Source: a virus. From it: a stretch of DNA of 64,000 bases. Position 1 is the stretch's first letter; each line of letters starts with the position of its first letter. A model generated the notes under the pieces. That model was given only the letters and a program-made list of their open reading frames with translations. It was not told the DNA's origin and ran no database searches. The position numbers and the translations under genes were made by a program. Below are positions 1 through 10,368 of the stretch, piece after piece. Where the stretch lies: positions 1 through 64,000 of the IMG/VR virus record IMGVR_UViG_3300047494_000112. One strand, written 5' to 3'.

Positions 1-3000
1 GTGCCAGAAGTAACTACAATTCCGCTATTATCTAGATAGCCAAAGGCTGCGTCTGAAGTGTTATTAAAGGTGCCACCAGGAAATACGACACCTAAACCTT
101 CAGGATGAGTAGCATCATTGTGCTCAATTACCATTGCAGGATTAGATGATTGTAAACCTATTGCTAAATGAGATTGATATTGTTCTGATCCTGTTGAATT
201 ACCTAATATCGCATTATTGTTTGCATTAGATAATCTAAAGTTTGTGGTCCCTCCTGTTTGAGCCACAATATCATTTGCATTTGATCCAATTCTAGGGGCA
301 GAATTTACCGTAGTTGTTGGATCCATAAATTGAGCGTAGCTAGCACCTGAACCACTGCTGGAAATAAAAGTTGAAATGAGCTGCATTGTATTAGGGGTGC
401 CAGGACTGGTTTCATACAGAGTTAAACCACCATAGCTTGTAACCAAAGAAGATCTTGTGCTAGTTACTGTTTGAAAAGCTGTACCAGATGAAGCATTAAC
501 CAAGCTACCAGTCAGCACTGTTTGAATATTGCAAACCTGGGTTGAACCAGCCCAATAATTTGAGGAACCTAGAAAAAAGTTTTTTAGTGAAGTGTTAGGC
601 TGCCCGACAATCAAGTTTATCCAATAAGGAAATTGTGACGGACTAGAATTGTATAAGCTATCTGTGTTATCAATGATAATACCTAGGTTATTTGATTTTA
701 TAGCATATATTGAAATAGGGCCTGTATCTAAATAGGTATCATCTAAGACTACGCCACCGCCTTGAATAACCATGTTGACGTTATTGGTTAGTGGAGCAGT
801 ACCAGCATATTCCCAAGTAACTGTGCCATCAGGAATGTCAAAAGACGTAATTGTTATTCCTGATAAAGTACCAGGTGCTGTTGAAATTGTATAGGTGCCA
901 TTGCCTCCAGTGCCTGTGCCATAGCCAGTAATATAAGTACCGTTAGCTATTCCTGTTCCAGAGATAATCATGTTTTTTGTTAAAGGCTGGGTGTAGGGAG
1001 TAGTAACAACACCTCCTACAGTTAAGGTATTACCTGAGATTGAACAATTTGTTGCCTTAAAGGTGTTGTAAACGCCTATACCTGTAGGACCACCAGAGCT
1101 TGCAGAAGTTCCAGAAGCCGTACAAATGTAAGTCTGATTGTTGTTTATAAATTTGTTCCCAACAGCATAAATGGTGTTAGGAGCCCATTGACCATTACCT
1201 AATGGAGCATAGTAGTTCCAAGTTACTGATCCATCTATTTGACCATTACTTGTACCTGTTGGACCTGACCCATTATTTTGAGAAGTGCCCGATGCTGCAC
1301 AAACATAAACGTAAAAACCATTAACAACTTTTGTGTTAACTGAATAAGCAGTGTTGCTAGACCAATTGCTAAAATTAGATTTTGTTTGAGCTACGCCGTT
1401 GCCGTTACTACTAAAAGGATGAGCTCTAGCCAAAATAACATGAGTTAAGCCTGCAGCAATAAAAATATTTCCGAAAGACCCTGCGCCAGAAGCAACACAA
1501 TCTCTGGAATAGCTGTCTGTTCCACCTCCTTGAGTTCCTGAACCGTTAACTGTCTGTACATCATAAAAGAAGCCAGCACCACCACCATAGACTGTAGGAT
1601 AGTTTGACTCCCAATCAGTACCAAGGTACTGATTAGCGTTGCAGCTATAGGTTTCAGTTTTTCCTTGAAGATAAAACCCGTGATAATTGCTAAGCCAATG
1701 CCGAATAGACATTTTGGAATGTTTAACTCCAGCTGAGCCTCCAGTAGTAAAGCCAAATGCGGGTTGTCTGTTAATATCAATTTGAACATTTTCAGAGAAG
1801 CAGTTGAAAGTATTTCTATAGGTTAAGACTGCGGTAGTATTACTTGCTGATCCTGCATAAGACCATACACAGGTATTGTCTATAATTCCAGTTCCTGTTC
1901 CTGATAATCCTGTTCCGGCATTTCCAGAGGTAAAATTGGAAGTGCCTGATGCTGTACAAGTGTATAGATTTCCGTTACTAAAGACTTGTTGACCCAAATT
2001 ATACGTTGTATAATTTTGCCAATTAGCTATAGAATTAAAATTACCACCAGTACCTGGAGCCAATAAAAGGCTCAGATTTTTGATAAAAGTATCGCTTTGA
2101 CCTTGAACAGGAGAAGAAACATTGTATTGATAACCACCGAAATCAACAGCAGTTACACCTTGACCTCGATTTGAAGCACTATTCAAACAAGCATTAATTG
2201 CAGCTGTATCATCGTGTTGAACTAGATACGTTACAGTTACCTGTAGAGTACCAGGATAATTTGTGATAATTGTGTCCGTAGTATAAACGGCTCCAATAGT
2301 GTTAGCCGTACCACTATATAAATTTAGTATTGTTGCGGTTGTAGGAGAAGTACCTGCATGAGTTAAAAGACAACCGGGATAAATTGGATTAGCAGGAGTA
2401 GATAAAAGAGTTACAGTATTGCCATTAAACTGTACGGTAAATGAAGCTGGATTATAAAGCGGAGAAATTGTGGGATTAGCAATTGTAATGCTGCCACTAC
2501 TAACCGCAGTAATCGTTGTAATCAAAGGAGTGCCATTGGCACCGGCACCAGCAATATATACACCATTACCTACAGCAAAATCAATTACAGAAAGTAAAGG
2601 AATAATTGTAGCGCTTGCAGCTACTGTAGTTGAGTTGTAGGTAAATTGAGAAGATCCTGTTGCACCCCATCCAAGAGGGTTTAAAGTAGCTCCAAACAAT
2701 TCAACCGAAGGTGTAGCTATAGTTCCACTCAACGGGTACAGTGCAGTCATATCAGAAAGGTCACCTGTAGGTGAGCCTGAAAATGCTGGAGATACAATAG
2801 GGGCAGGAGTGTAGGTTAAAGCTGCAGTAACGTCGTTATTTTGTAATAGTACCGCTCCAGTTCTGCCATTAAAGGAAGACACACCTGCTACACTTGAAGA
2901 CACTAAATTTTTGACAAAAGCTGTAGTAGCTAATTGAGTGTTATTGGTACCTGAGGCTGCTGTCGGTGCTGTCGGAGTTCCAGCCAAAATTGGGGAATTG

Positions 3001-3605
3001 AATAAACCTCCGTTTATAGTGGCACTAGCTGCAACGTTTAGAGTAGAGGTACTTACGTTTGTAAAATTACCTACAGTCGGAGTATTCAGACCTATGCCCA
3101 TATTATCTATGGTGCCACCTGATAGCGTTGAATTAGGAGAAATTAACAATCCCTCTACAGTCAACGTGTCTACTACAGTAAGGTAATTTACTGTAGAAGA
3201 ATTTGGAGTAGGAGGTGCCGTAGCAAAAGGTACATTTTGTGAGACGCCAGGATTCAACACGTAATCCCCGTAAAGAATTACATATTGATTACCTAAAGGA
3301 TCAATTAACAAAAGATCGTAGTAAAAGGTACCTGTTCCTGCACTAACATAATTTGCAGGAATAACTGTAATCTGCATTGATCCTGTAGCAGGTGAATTTA
3401 ATACAATCCCACTTGAAGGAAAACTTCCTACAGAAAACAAGGCAACAGGTGATCCTGCATAGGGCCGAACCTGCATTATAGCGGTATAACCAGTCAAATT
3501 AACCGGGGTTGCAGAGCCACTTGAAGAACCAGAATAAGTTGACCATTGCACGGTCAATGAGAACGTTACATTATTATAGGCTGTAATATTATAAGATAAA
3601 GACAA
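1..3605 (-). CDS. Large tail fibre / receptor-binding protein (>=1200 aa, runs off the window start; missing from the ORF track)
   Basis: TTG start at 3605 after AAGGA; the frame was open at every stretch I translated, down to base 3. Contains an N-terminal BppU-like segment (NLTGYTAIMQVR...YYDLLLIDP), the fibre motifs SPILAGTPTAPTAASGTNNTQLATTAFV and GVSSFNGRTGAV, a pectin-lyase-type start DDTAAINACL, and three W-x4-Y-x9-Y-x-C-x2-SGTS modules. Confidence 0.8.
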   Translation of the reverse strand, partial: MSLSYNITAYNNVTFSLTVQWSTYSGSSSGSATPVNLTGYTAIMQVRPYAGSPVALFSVGSFPSSGIVLNSPATGSMQITVIPANYVSAGTGTFYYDLLLIDPLGNQYVILYGDYVLNPGVSQNVPFATAPPTPNSSTVNYLTVVDTLTVEGLLISPNSTLSGGTIDNMGIGLNTPTVGNFTNVSTSTLNVAASATINGGLFNSPILAGTPTAPTAASGTNNTQLATTAFVKNLVSSSVAGVSSFNGRTGAVLLQNNDVTAALTYTPAPIVSPAFSGSPTGDLSDMTALYPLSGTIATPSVELFGATLNPLGWGATGSSQFTYNSTTVAASATIIPLLSVIDFAVGNGVYIAGAGANGTPLITTITAVSSGSITIANPTISPLYNPASFTVQFNGNTVTLLSTPANPIYPGCLLTHAGTSPTTATILNLYSGTANTIGAVYTTDTIITNYPGTLQVTVTYLVQHDDTAAINACLNSASNRGQGVTAVDFGGYQYNVSSPVQGQSDTFIKNLSLLLAPGTGGNFNSIANWQNYTTYNLGQQVFSNGNLYTCTASGTSNFTSGNAGTGLSGTGTGIIDNTCVWSYAGSASNTTAVLTYRNTFNCFSENVQIDINRQPAFGFTTGGSAGVKHSKMSIRHWLSNYHGFYLQGKTETYSCNANQYLGTDWESNYPTVYGGGAGFFYDVQTVNGSGTQGGGTDSYSRDCVASGAGSFGNIFIAAGLTHVILARAHPFSSNGNGVAQTKSNFSNWSSNTAYSVNTKVVNGFYVYVCAASGTSQNNGSGPTGTSNGQIDGSVTWNYYAPLGNGQWAPNTIYAVGNKFINNNQTYICTASGTSASSGGPTGIGVYNTFKATNCSISGNTLTVGGVVTTPYTQPLTKNMIISGTGIANGTYITGYGTGTGGNGTYTISTAPGTLSGITITSFDIPDGTVTWEYAGTAPLTNNVNMVIQGGGVVLDDTYLDTGPISIYAIKSNNLGIIIDNTDSLYNSSPSQFPYWINLIVGQPNTSLKNFFLGSSNYWAGSTQVCNIQTVLTGSLVNASSGTAFQTVTSTRSSLVTSYGGLTLYETSPGTPNTMQLISTFISSSGSGASYAQFMDPTTTVNSAPRIGSNANDIVAQTGGTTNFRLSNANNNAILGNSTGSEQYQSHLAIGLQSSNPAMVIEHNDATHPEGLGVVFPGGTFNNTSDAAFGYLDNSGIVVTSG

Positions 3606-3617
3606 AGACTTGATCCT

Positions 3618-3830
3618 TTAACTAACTAAAATAACCGTATTATGCGTCTGAAAAATTGCTGAAGCGCTTTGATTTATGCTAGTTACATTTACTGTTTGTT
3701 GAATTAGATTCATGCTAGTTACAGTTGGCGTGGGCTGTGGCTGTACAGTAATTTCATTGGTCTTTGTAGAAATAACTGTTACATTTTGTGGCAAAGGTAA
3801 GGTCATGTAATCCACTCCAATAAAATACAA
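3618..3830 (-). CDS. Small hypothetical fibre-associated protein
   Basis: 70-aa ORF filling the gap between two fibre genes; V/T/Q-rich; start uncertain. Confidence 0.4.
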   Translation of the reverse strand: MYFIGVDYMTLPLPQNVTVISTKTNEITVQPQPTPTVTSMNLIQQTVNVTSINQSASAIFQTHNTVILVS

Positions 3831-5398
3831 CCTGATCCGCCGTTGCCACCATTACCGCCGCCAGCGCCATTTACCCCACCAGCACCACCTGAGCCTATCA
3901 AGCCTACGCCGCCGCCGCCCATGGGTGCTCCTGAAGACATGAAAGCAGAACCACCAAATCCGCCTAATAAACCGGATGTTGAACCTGAACCAATTTGCAT
4001 TCCTGGCCCACCAGTTTGTCCTTGTGTTCCAAAATTTTGACTTCCTCCGTTATTATTACCTGGAGCTACAAATCCTGCAGATCCTGGAGTAGCTTGAGCT
4101 CCTCCTCCAGAGTAAAAACCTTGGCCTCCCCCTCCTGCTGAAGCATAGCCAACAATTGTAGATGTACCTCCATTTCCTCCGTTTGTACCTATGCCTCCTG
4201 CACCAGACTTTCCAACTATAATTGTCAAATTTGATCCGGGAATAGTATTGACATAACCTTCACAATAGCCACCTGATCCTCCACCTGACCCAGCTGAACC
4301 CGGTACAGGCCCTGATCCTCCTCCGCCACCACCACCCCACATTTTAAATTTAAGGTTGTAGACATTGGAAGGTACGGTAAAAACATAGGTTCCAGAATTA
4401 GTAAAGGTCTTCAATTCTACGCTTTGATAAAAACTATTGAATAAAATTGAAGAGCAAATTGGATTTAACAATAACGAGTTATTAGATAAAGCGTACCCTA
4501 CTTGGACATAGCTATTGGTATAATAATTTGTAGTAGTAGATAGGATACCAGCACTTGATCCAGTATTAGAGTAATAGGCACTTCCAGAATTATAAGGAGC
4601 GCCTGAACTAATTGTAAAAATACCTCTAGAGTAGATTAGATCATTTGTACCTACCACACCAATATATTTTGTTGAGGTGGAGGGATCCCAAGGTACTAAT
4701 AAATTTGAATTGTTGTTAAAAGCAACAGCTGTACCTTCTGCAAAATTATAAGACGACAGGTTAGGATAAATGAAGGCTGAATCACTGGTATTCAAAACTC
4801 CTAAAATTTCTATCCATGAGCTACCATTATTTACAGCTAGCGAAGAAATTCCAGTTTTACTTAACGTATTGACTAGATAAGCATTATATGGAGCAGAATT
4901 AATTGTTGGCAATTGAGCTTCGGTAGCTACCGAAGGTAGTGAAGCATAATTTGCCAACAGGACGCTAACGTTGATAATATTTTGTACATTTGTTAGAACA
5001 ATAGGAATTACATAAACTCGGATATTGCCCACAACATTGGGATTAACATTTGTATTTGTCTGAGTTTTTACTTCGACACTAGATAATGCTGTAATTGTAA
5101 ACATTGTTCCGTCAGATAAAAACAGGCCAATGTTCCCAACATTGAAATTGCCTACACTTTCATCTAAAGTAACATAGAAAATCATAGAGTTTGTACTAGC
5201 ATTTGCAACATAGGTTATCTGACTAGTTGTACCAGTATAAACAAGATTTGTTACTCCGGTCATTGTTGCAGAGGGAGTAATTAGGCTTGAACCAATCTGA
5301 AAACTTGTTATTGAGATTGTAGCTCCGTTATTACCTGCCGTAACTGCAGCTGAATCTCCAGAATTTGTTATAACTGTTTGAGGACTTGTTACAGTCAT
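3803..5398 (-). CDS. Tail fibre protein (P2 gpH/DUF3751-like N-terminus, glycine-rich C-terminus)
   Basis: N-terminal ITSFQIG...ESVGNFNVGNIGLFLSDGTMF baseplate-attachment motif; C-terminal FTNSGTYVFTVP...WGGGGGGG Gly-rich domain; follows the wedge gene. Confidence 0.8.
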   Translation of the reverse strand: MTVTSPQTVITNSGDSAAVTAGNNGATISITSFQIGSSLITPSATMTGVTNLVYTGTTSQITYVANASTNSMIFYVTLDESVGNFNVGNIGLFLSDGTMFTITALSSVEVKTQTNTNVNPNVVGNIRVYVIPIVLTNVQNIINVSVLLANYASLPSVATEAQLPTINSAPYNAYLVNTLSKTGISSLAVNNGSSWIEILGVLNTSDSAFIYPNLSSYNFAEGTAVAFNNNSNLLVPWDPSTSTKYIGVVGTNDLIYSRGIFTISSGAPYNSGSAYYSNTGSSAGILSTTTNYYTNSYVQVGYALSNNSLLLNPICSSILFNSFYQSVELKTFTNSGTYVFTVPSNVYNLKFKMWGGGGGGGSGPVPGSAGSGGGSGGYCEGYVNTIPGSNLTIIVGKSGAGGIGTNGGNGGTSTIVGYASAGGGGQGFYSGGGAQATPGSAGFVAPGNNNGGSQNFGTQGQTGGPGMQIGSGSTSGLLGGFGGSAFMSSGAPMGGGGVGLIGSGGAGGVNGAGGGNGGNGGSGCILLEWIT

Positions 5399-5408
5399 GA
5401 TTTTTATC

Positions 5409-8174
5409 CTAAATTATAATGTTAGAAATAGCAACTTCATTTAGAGTAATGGTGCCATTTTTAGTGGTTTGTAGAGTATCAGTTACAACAGCATAGATTG
5501 AATTAGTAGTCGATGGAGTAATTGAAAGACTCCATGAATTATTAATAGAACTTCCACTTGCTGCTCCATAACTTGTAGCTCTATTAGAGAGTATCAAAGA
5601 TAAATTATTAGTTTGATATAGGTTAACCGTAATACTATCTGAGGGACCAAGAGTTGTTCCAGTAACAGTAAACGGAACTCCATTTGTCGCCGAAGAAGGA
5701 GCATTGATTGTTAGTAAATACTGTCCTGGTGATGGTAACGTTGGAGTTTTTAACTTTGTAGCTGTTATACTTTTTTCAAAAAATGAGGCTGAAAGATATT
5801 GAGCTACAGGAGTAATTGTAACCTTACCTGCAAAGGTCCTTAAAACTAAATAAATTGGAGCAGACTCAACCAAAAGTTGACGATATAAAGGTTCATCTAA
5901 TTCAGGAAAAGCTGAAGCATCGTAATAGACATCATAATAAGGTGTTGGAATCCACGTACCGCTACTAGATTGAGTAATCAATGTTCCAGGATTAGATGAA
6001 AGAGAAGCATACACTAATCCATTAGCATAGAGAGGTACATATTGAAAAGGTACTTGAGAAAAGAAAGATACAAAATTTGCAAACTGTTTACTGTTTCCTC
6101 TCGTTAGATAAAATGTACCCAAATATCTCATCAAACTATCATATTGATAGTATTGTAAGCCATAATCAGGAACCACAAAGCCCATTTGCCTAACTGTAGC
6201 GGCTTTCAATTCATCTTCAATGGCATTCACATTTCTAACATTTTGCAATTCATTAATTGAACTGTTGAACAAATTATTCCATTGTAGATCCATAGCTGAG
6301 ACCAAAGTCGTCCAAAAAGGATTGCTAGCATATTGTTCTGTCATCAACAAATTATAGTTTACATATTGCGTATATGTAGCTGTAGGATCTACATTGATAA
6401 ATTTGTTGTTAATAGCTTGGTTTAAAGAATAATCAGAACAATCTGACCATTGAAAAGTTAGTTTTGGATACCAGGGATAAGGTCTATCGTCCCAATAACC
6501 AGCACTCCAATTTGTAATGTTGCCATTTGGACTAGCATATTGAATGTAGGTAGAATAAATTGAGTAAAAATTACTACCTACATTATTATCTGATTGCCCA
6601 TTACTAGCAAATGGAAAGGAATATTCTCCACTAGACTGATGTAAAATTGCATCGGGTTGATTTGTCGCCAAGTTGATAGAAGGACATACAATATTGTATA
6701 GATATACAGATTTAGAGTTTGGCACCCAAGAAGTAGGAACAGACGAAAAATTGTATCCGTCAAAATTATAATGAATGTTTTCTATCCAAGCATCATAGTT
6801 TTTTAACTGCTGAATCCATGTAGTGGTGCTGGTAGGTCCTGCTATCGTTGTTCTTTGTTGATTTATTTGAGGGTCGTTAATTAGTCCATCAGCAGAATTG
6901 TAATATTCTTGATAATACCAATCCCAGTATTGTTGGCCTAAAATTCCTTCAACCAAGTAAGGCTGATTTGTCGATGCAGGATAATAAGATCCGTCTATGT
7001 TAGAGCCATAATTTCTCCAATCAGTTGTAGGAAAATTTGCCTGAATTGCAATATAAGAAATTGCACTATTCGACCACAAAGCATCCATGCTAAATATTCT
7101 AGAAGCTGTTGCAGTAAATGTAGGATATTTCTCGTTTTGAGATCCTTGCCACTCATTCCAATCAGCTACGTATGAAATATTGACACTTGTACCTAAAAAT
7201 AAGGAAGCAGATTGTTCAGCCAAAGTTATCAAATAGTCTACAGCAGGAAAATCTAAATTGACGCCTTGGGTAGAAGTCAATGTTGACAAACCTCTACCTA
7301 TATAAAAATCAGTCAGAGTTACACCACCAAACTCTTTGATAAAAGAAGAGAGCATTGTAGCATAATAAATTACAAAGTTAGAATAGGAAGTATCTAAGAT
7401 AGATTCATTATATGTTGAAGTCAATATACCTGCGCTAGAAAAAATGCAGGAATACGCTGATGTAGACTGGTTTCCAAAAAAAGTTGCAATTTGATCAGTC
7501 GCTTGAGTAGTACCAAAAGTTGAACCTGCATAGTTTTTTGCGGGAGAAATTGTTAATTGAGACGCTGGCGGGTAAGCAGGTTGACCAATTACAGAGTTGT
7601 TATCTGAGTAAGGATTTAATAAATTGTTATTTGAAGAAATGTCTGGGATAACAGTTAAACAAACAGAAACATTTATTTCTAAGGAACTTAAAGATAGTAG
7701 AAGATTTAAGATACTTTGGTCAGAAGGTGTTCCTCTAAAAGCAGGTAATCCATTTATCTGTGAAACCACATAGGCATCGGCTCGATTAATTCCTGCTACC
7801 TGCCATTCATAAGGCATTGTATCTAAAATTGCAGTTGTTACTCCTGGCTGTACATTTGTAGCAGCGCAATTTAAACTAGTTACATACCACCCAATATCTA
7901 AATGTACTTTCTTGATGTTAGGATAAGACTGTAGCATTTCATTTAAGCTAACAGTAATGTCTGTTTTTTCTGTTGTGTATTGTTGAGTATTAATGTTAAT
8001 GTAAACCTCAACAGCTTCATTTTGAGTATTAGTAATCAAAATTGGCGTCGGATCATAAGAAAATTCACCTTGACCGTTGCCTAAATGAATTTCAGTAATT
8101 GCTTGAGATATCGGAGCAACAGGTTGCGTAAGGTCCAAGGTTGCCAAGACGGGATTACTGGAAGGTAAACCCAT
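5409..8174 (-). CDS. Baseplate wedge (gp7/gpI-like) fused to an N-terminal GTA-type TIM-barrel-like domain
   Basis: Motifs GTPSDQS, FPAVDYL, ISYVADWNEW, MDALW, DWYY, WVPNSK, NQPD and WDDRPYP parallel the GTA baseplate TIM-barrel family. The C-terminal third (WTTLVSAMD...MGF...RGNSKQFANFVSF) is wedge-like. It follows the gp6-like gene. Confidence 0.7.
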   Translation of the reverse strand: MGLPSSNPVLATLDLTQPVAPISQAITEIHLGNGQGEFSYDPTPILITNTQNEAVEVYININTQQYTTEKTDITVSLNEMLQSYPNIKKVHLDIGWYVTSLNCAATNVQPGVTTAILDTMPYEWQVAGINRADAYVVSQINGLPAFRGTPSDQSILNLLLSLSSLEINVSVCLTVIPDISSNNNLLNPYSDNNSVIGQPAYPPASQLTISPAKNYAGSTFGTTQATDQIATFFGNQSTSAYSCIFSSAGILTSTYNESILDTSYSNFVIYYATMLSSFIKEFGGVTLTDFYIGRGLSTLTSTQGVNLDFPAVDYLITLAEQSASLFLGTSVNISYVADWNEWQGSQNEKYPTFTATASRIFSMDALWSNSAISYIAIQANFPTTDWRNYGSNIDGSYYPASTNQPYLVEGILGQQYWDWYYQEYYNSADGLINDPQINQQRTTIAGPTSTTTWIQQLKNYDAWIENIHYNFDGYNFSSVPTSWVPNSKSVYLYNIVCPSINLATNQPDAILHQSSGEYSFPFASNGQSDNNVGSNFYSIYSTYIQYASPNGNITNWSAGYWDDRPYPWYPKLTFQWSDCSDYSLNQAINNKFINVDPTATYTQYVNYNLLMTEQYASNPFWTTLVSAMDLQWNNLFNSSINELQNVRNVNAIEDELKAATVRQMGFVVPDYGLQYYQYDSLMRYLGTFYLTRGNSKQFANFVSFFSQVPFQYVPLYANGLVYASLSSNPGTLITQSSSGTWIPTPYYDVYYDASAFPELDEPLYRQLLVESAPIYLVLRTFAGKVTITPVAQYLSASFFEKSITATKLKTPTLPSPGQYLLTINAPSSATNGVPFTVTGTTLGPSDSITVNLYQTNNLSLILSNRATSYGAASGSSINNSWSLSITPSTTNSIYAVVTDTLQTTKNGTITLNEVAISNIII

Positions 8175-8737
8175 TAATTTTCTCCTAAATCTTTTAGTCT
8201 TTGTTTTGCAATAGGCCTAACATATTCCTCTTGATCTTTTAGCAAAGCTTTAGCATGGTTAGCATTTCCATTCCAAGCTACTGCTGCTCTTACATATCTA
8301 TTTGGATCTGAGATTAGCTTGTCTCTATGAGAATCGTTTCCATTCCAAGCTACTGCTTGTCTTACATTTGGATGTGGATCTTTTACTAGCTTGTCTCTAT
8401 GAGAATCATTTCCACTCTCAGCTACTGCATGTCTTACATACCAATCTGGATCTGAGATTAGCTTATCTCTGTGAGAGTCGTTTCCATGCTCAGCTACTGC
8501 ACGTCTTACATGCTCACTTGGATCTGAGATTAGCTTGTCTCTATGAGAATCGTTTCCATTCCAAGCTACTGCTCCTCTTATATATCTATTTGGATCTGAT
8601 ATTAGCTTATCTCTGTGAGAGTCGTTTCCATGCTCAGCTACTGCATGTCTTACATGCTCACTTGGATCTGAAACTAAAGAGTCTAAGTGTTTAGGATGAC
8701 CAATTTTAGCTAAAGCTTGGCGTTGTTTAGGTGTCAT
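8174..8737 (-). CDS. LRV/HEAT-like 24-aa repeat protein, family copy (6 repeats)
   Basis: N-cap MTPKQRQALAKIGHPKHLDS, six LxxDPxxxVRxAVAxxGNDSHRDK units and a C-cap; ATGA overlap upstream, TAATG overlap downstream. Confidence 0.92.
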   Translation of the reverse strand: MTPKQRQALAKIGHPKHLDSLVSDPSEHVRHAVAEHGNDSHRDKLISDPNRYIRGAVAWNGNDSHRDKLISDPSEHVRRAVAEHGNDSHRDKLISDPDWYVRHAVAESGNDSHRDKLVKDPHPNVRQAVAWNGNDSHRDKLISDPNRYVRAAVAWNGNANHAKALLKDQEEYVRPIAKQRLKDLGEN

Positions 8738-10368
8738 GTCAGTGAAGCCCTGTTTGATACCTGCATATTTAATGAAATGGTACCCAACGAAAGAAATTGA
8801 TTAGGCGATACAATTTGATCGGTACTAGGTTGTTGTAGCTGAACATATTGGATATTGCCATTTGGATCACTGTTGATAATTGTTTCCACAATATCAGACA
8901 TATAGATACTGTAGCCTAGAAATCCTGCTCTAGGAGTAAACAAACTAGTTAGATTGGCAATAATTAAATTTTCTAAAGTGGATAACGGAATCTGGTCAGT
9001 GCAAAATATATTTGCAGTAATGTTAACAGGAATTTGTACAGTATTTAGCTGAATAAATTGAAGATTAGCTCCGGCATAAGTTGAAAGCCAAGAAGTAAAA
9101 GCTTGAAACTGTGCTTGAGACCAATTGCTGCCTGAGGAAGGTAAGATTGCAACCTGTACTACCATCATGTAGTTTAGATTATCTGGAGCAAAAGAAGCTT
9201 GGCCTTGAAAGTACGCATCTATTACACCTGAATAGTTTAAGGCAAAAGCGTTATAATCTGATAAGGTTGAAGGTCGAACTTTTGCCGAATAAGAACCAGG
9301 AGAAATTATTTTATACTCACTAGCCAAACGTTGGTTTGAACCGTTGTTTGATGAGGTACTAGCGGTGCCCATGATTGTTATATTTTGAGATCCACTACCT
9401 GAAAAAACTGTTGTGCTGTAATTGAACATGCTTCCTTGTAGATTCAGATTACCATTTGCACCTAAGGTTGTAGCATAGGTGACCACAATTTGAGCATTAA
9501 TAGGAGGGATTACTCCATAATTGCCATCACCAAATGTAATTGTAGCGTTCCCTGAAACGTCAGTAGATTGATAATAAACTGTATCTGCAGGCCCATATTC
9601 CCAAAGCCCTGTAGCATAAAATGTTGTATACTCTGTAGGAGAATAGTTTGGTTTATCTAAAACGCTGCTGTTAACATATACTGCAATATCTTGGTCAGAG
9701 ATTGTAAAGTCAGGTGAGGTTAAGCTAAATGTTTGTAGTGCCTGCCCATTGCTATAAAAAGTTGCCGTGTTAACAGTACCTTGATATAGAGTAGCTGAAG
9801 CTGTAGTAGAGCCTACTGGAAAGAGTATTTGATTTCTATTAAAGAAATTAATTCCGCCAACGTTAAATTGAGTGTAGGAATTAATTAAAACAGAATTTGA
9901 GTAAGTTGTGGATAAAGTAAAAGTTACTCCCATTGAAGCAGGTGAACACCTTGCAATTCTAACGCCTAATAATCTAGTAATTTCATAGATAGAACTTGGT
10001 AATTGGGCAAAATCTAACATGCTTTCTTGCAAGGCTCGTTCAACTGAGAATTGATTGTAAGCTTGAGCTGTTGCAATCATTTCAATTAAAGTTTGGCCTG
10101 TTGCAGCTTCAGCAGTATTTGTCCAAGCAGGATTAGGAGAATTGTTTAAAATGCTTTGAAGTTCTGCAACATTAGATTCATAGTCCGGTTGAATTGCTGT
10201 CAAAGGCAAAGCTGCTGTCGAATATAAAGCAACATAGGTAGATAATAGCCCTTGAATAATGTTGCTATCGATACTCCCTACAGGTAAACCTAATGCTCCT
10301 GGCAAATTTTGTACAAGGTACGCTGATAAGGCTGATACGGTACTTCTAATTGGCTGATCAGCCATCAT
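8734..10368 (-). CDS. Baseplate wedge subunit (T4 gp6 / baseplate J-like)
   Basis: ERALQESMLDFAQLPSSIYEITRLLG, ITFGDGNYGVIPP and DYNAFALNYSGV motifs; follows the gp25-like gene. Confidence 0.85.
   Translation of the reverse strand: MMADQPIRSTVSALSAYLVQNLPGALGLPVGSIDSNIIQGLLSTYVALYSTAALPLTAIQPDYESNVAELQSILNNSPNPAWTNTAEAATGQTLIEMIATAQAYNQFSVERALQESMLDFAQLPSSIYEITRLLGVRIARCSPASMGVTFTLSTTYSNSVLINSYTQFNVGGINFFNRNQILFPVGSTTASATLYQGTVNTATFYSNGQALQTFSLTSPDFTISDQDIAVYVNSSVLDKPNYSPTEYTTFYATGLWEYGPADTVYYQSTDVSGNATITFGDGNYGVIPPINAQIVVTYATTLGANGNLNLQGSMFNYSTTVFSGSGSQNITIMGTASTSSNNGSNQRLASEYKIISPGSYSAKVRPSTLSDYNAFALNYSGVIDAYFQGQASFAPDNLNYMMVVQVAILPSSGSNWSQAQFQAFTSWLSTYAGANLQFIQLNTVQIPVNITANIFCTDQIPLSTLENLIIANLTSLFTPRAGFLGYSIYMSDIVETIINSDPNGNIQYVQLQQPSTDQIVSPNQFLSLGTISLNMQVSNRASLT

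Noticed and set aside
1445-1789. 114-aa minus-strand ORF in the track
   Set aside because: It is an alternative frame inside the long tail-fibre ORF (1-3605), which has recognisable fibre motifs.
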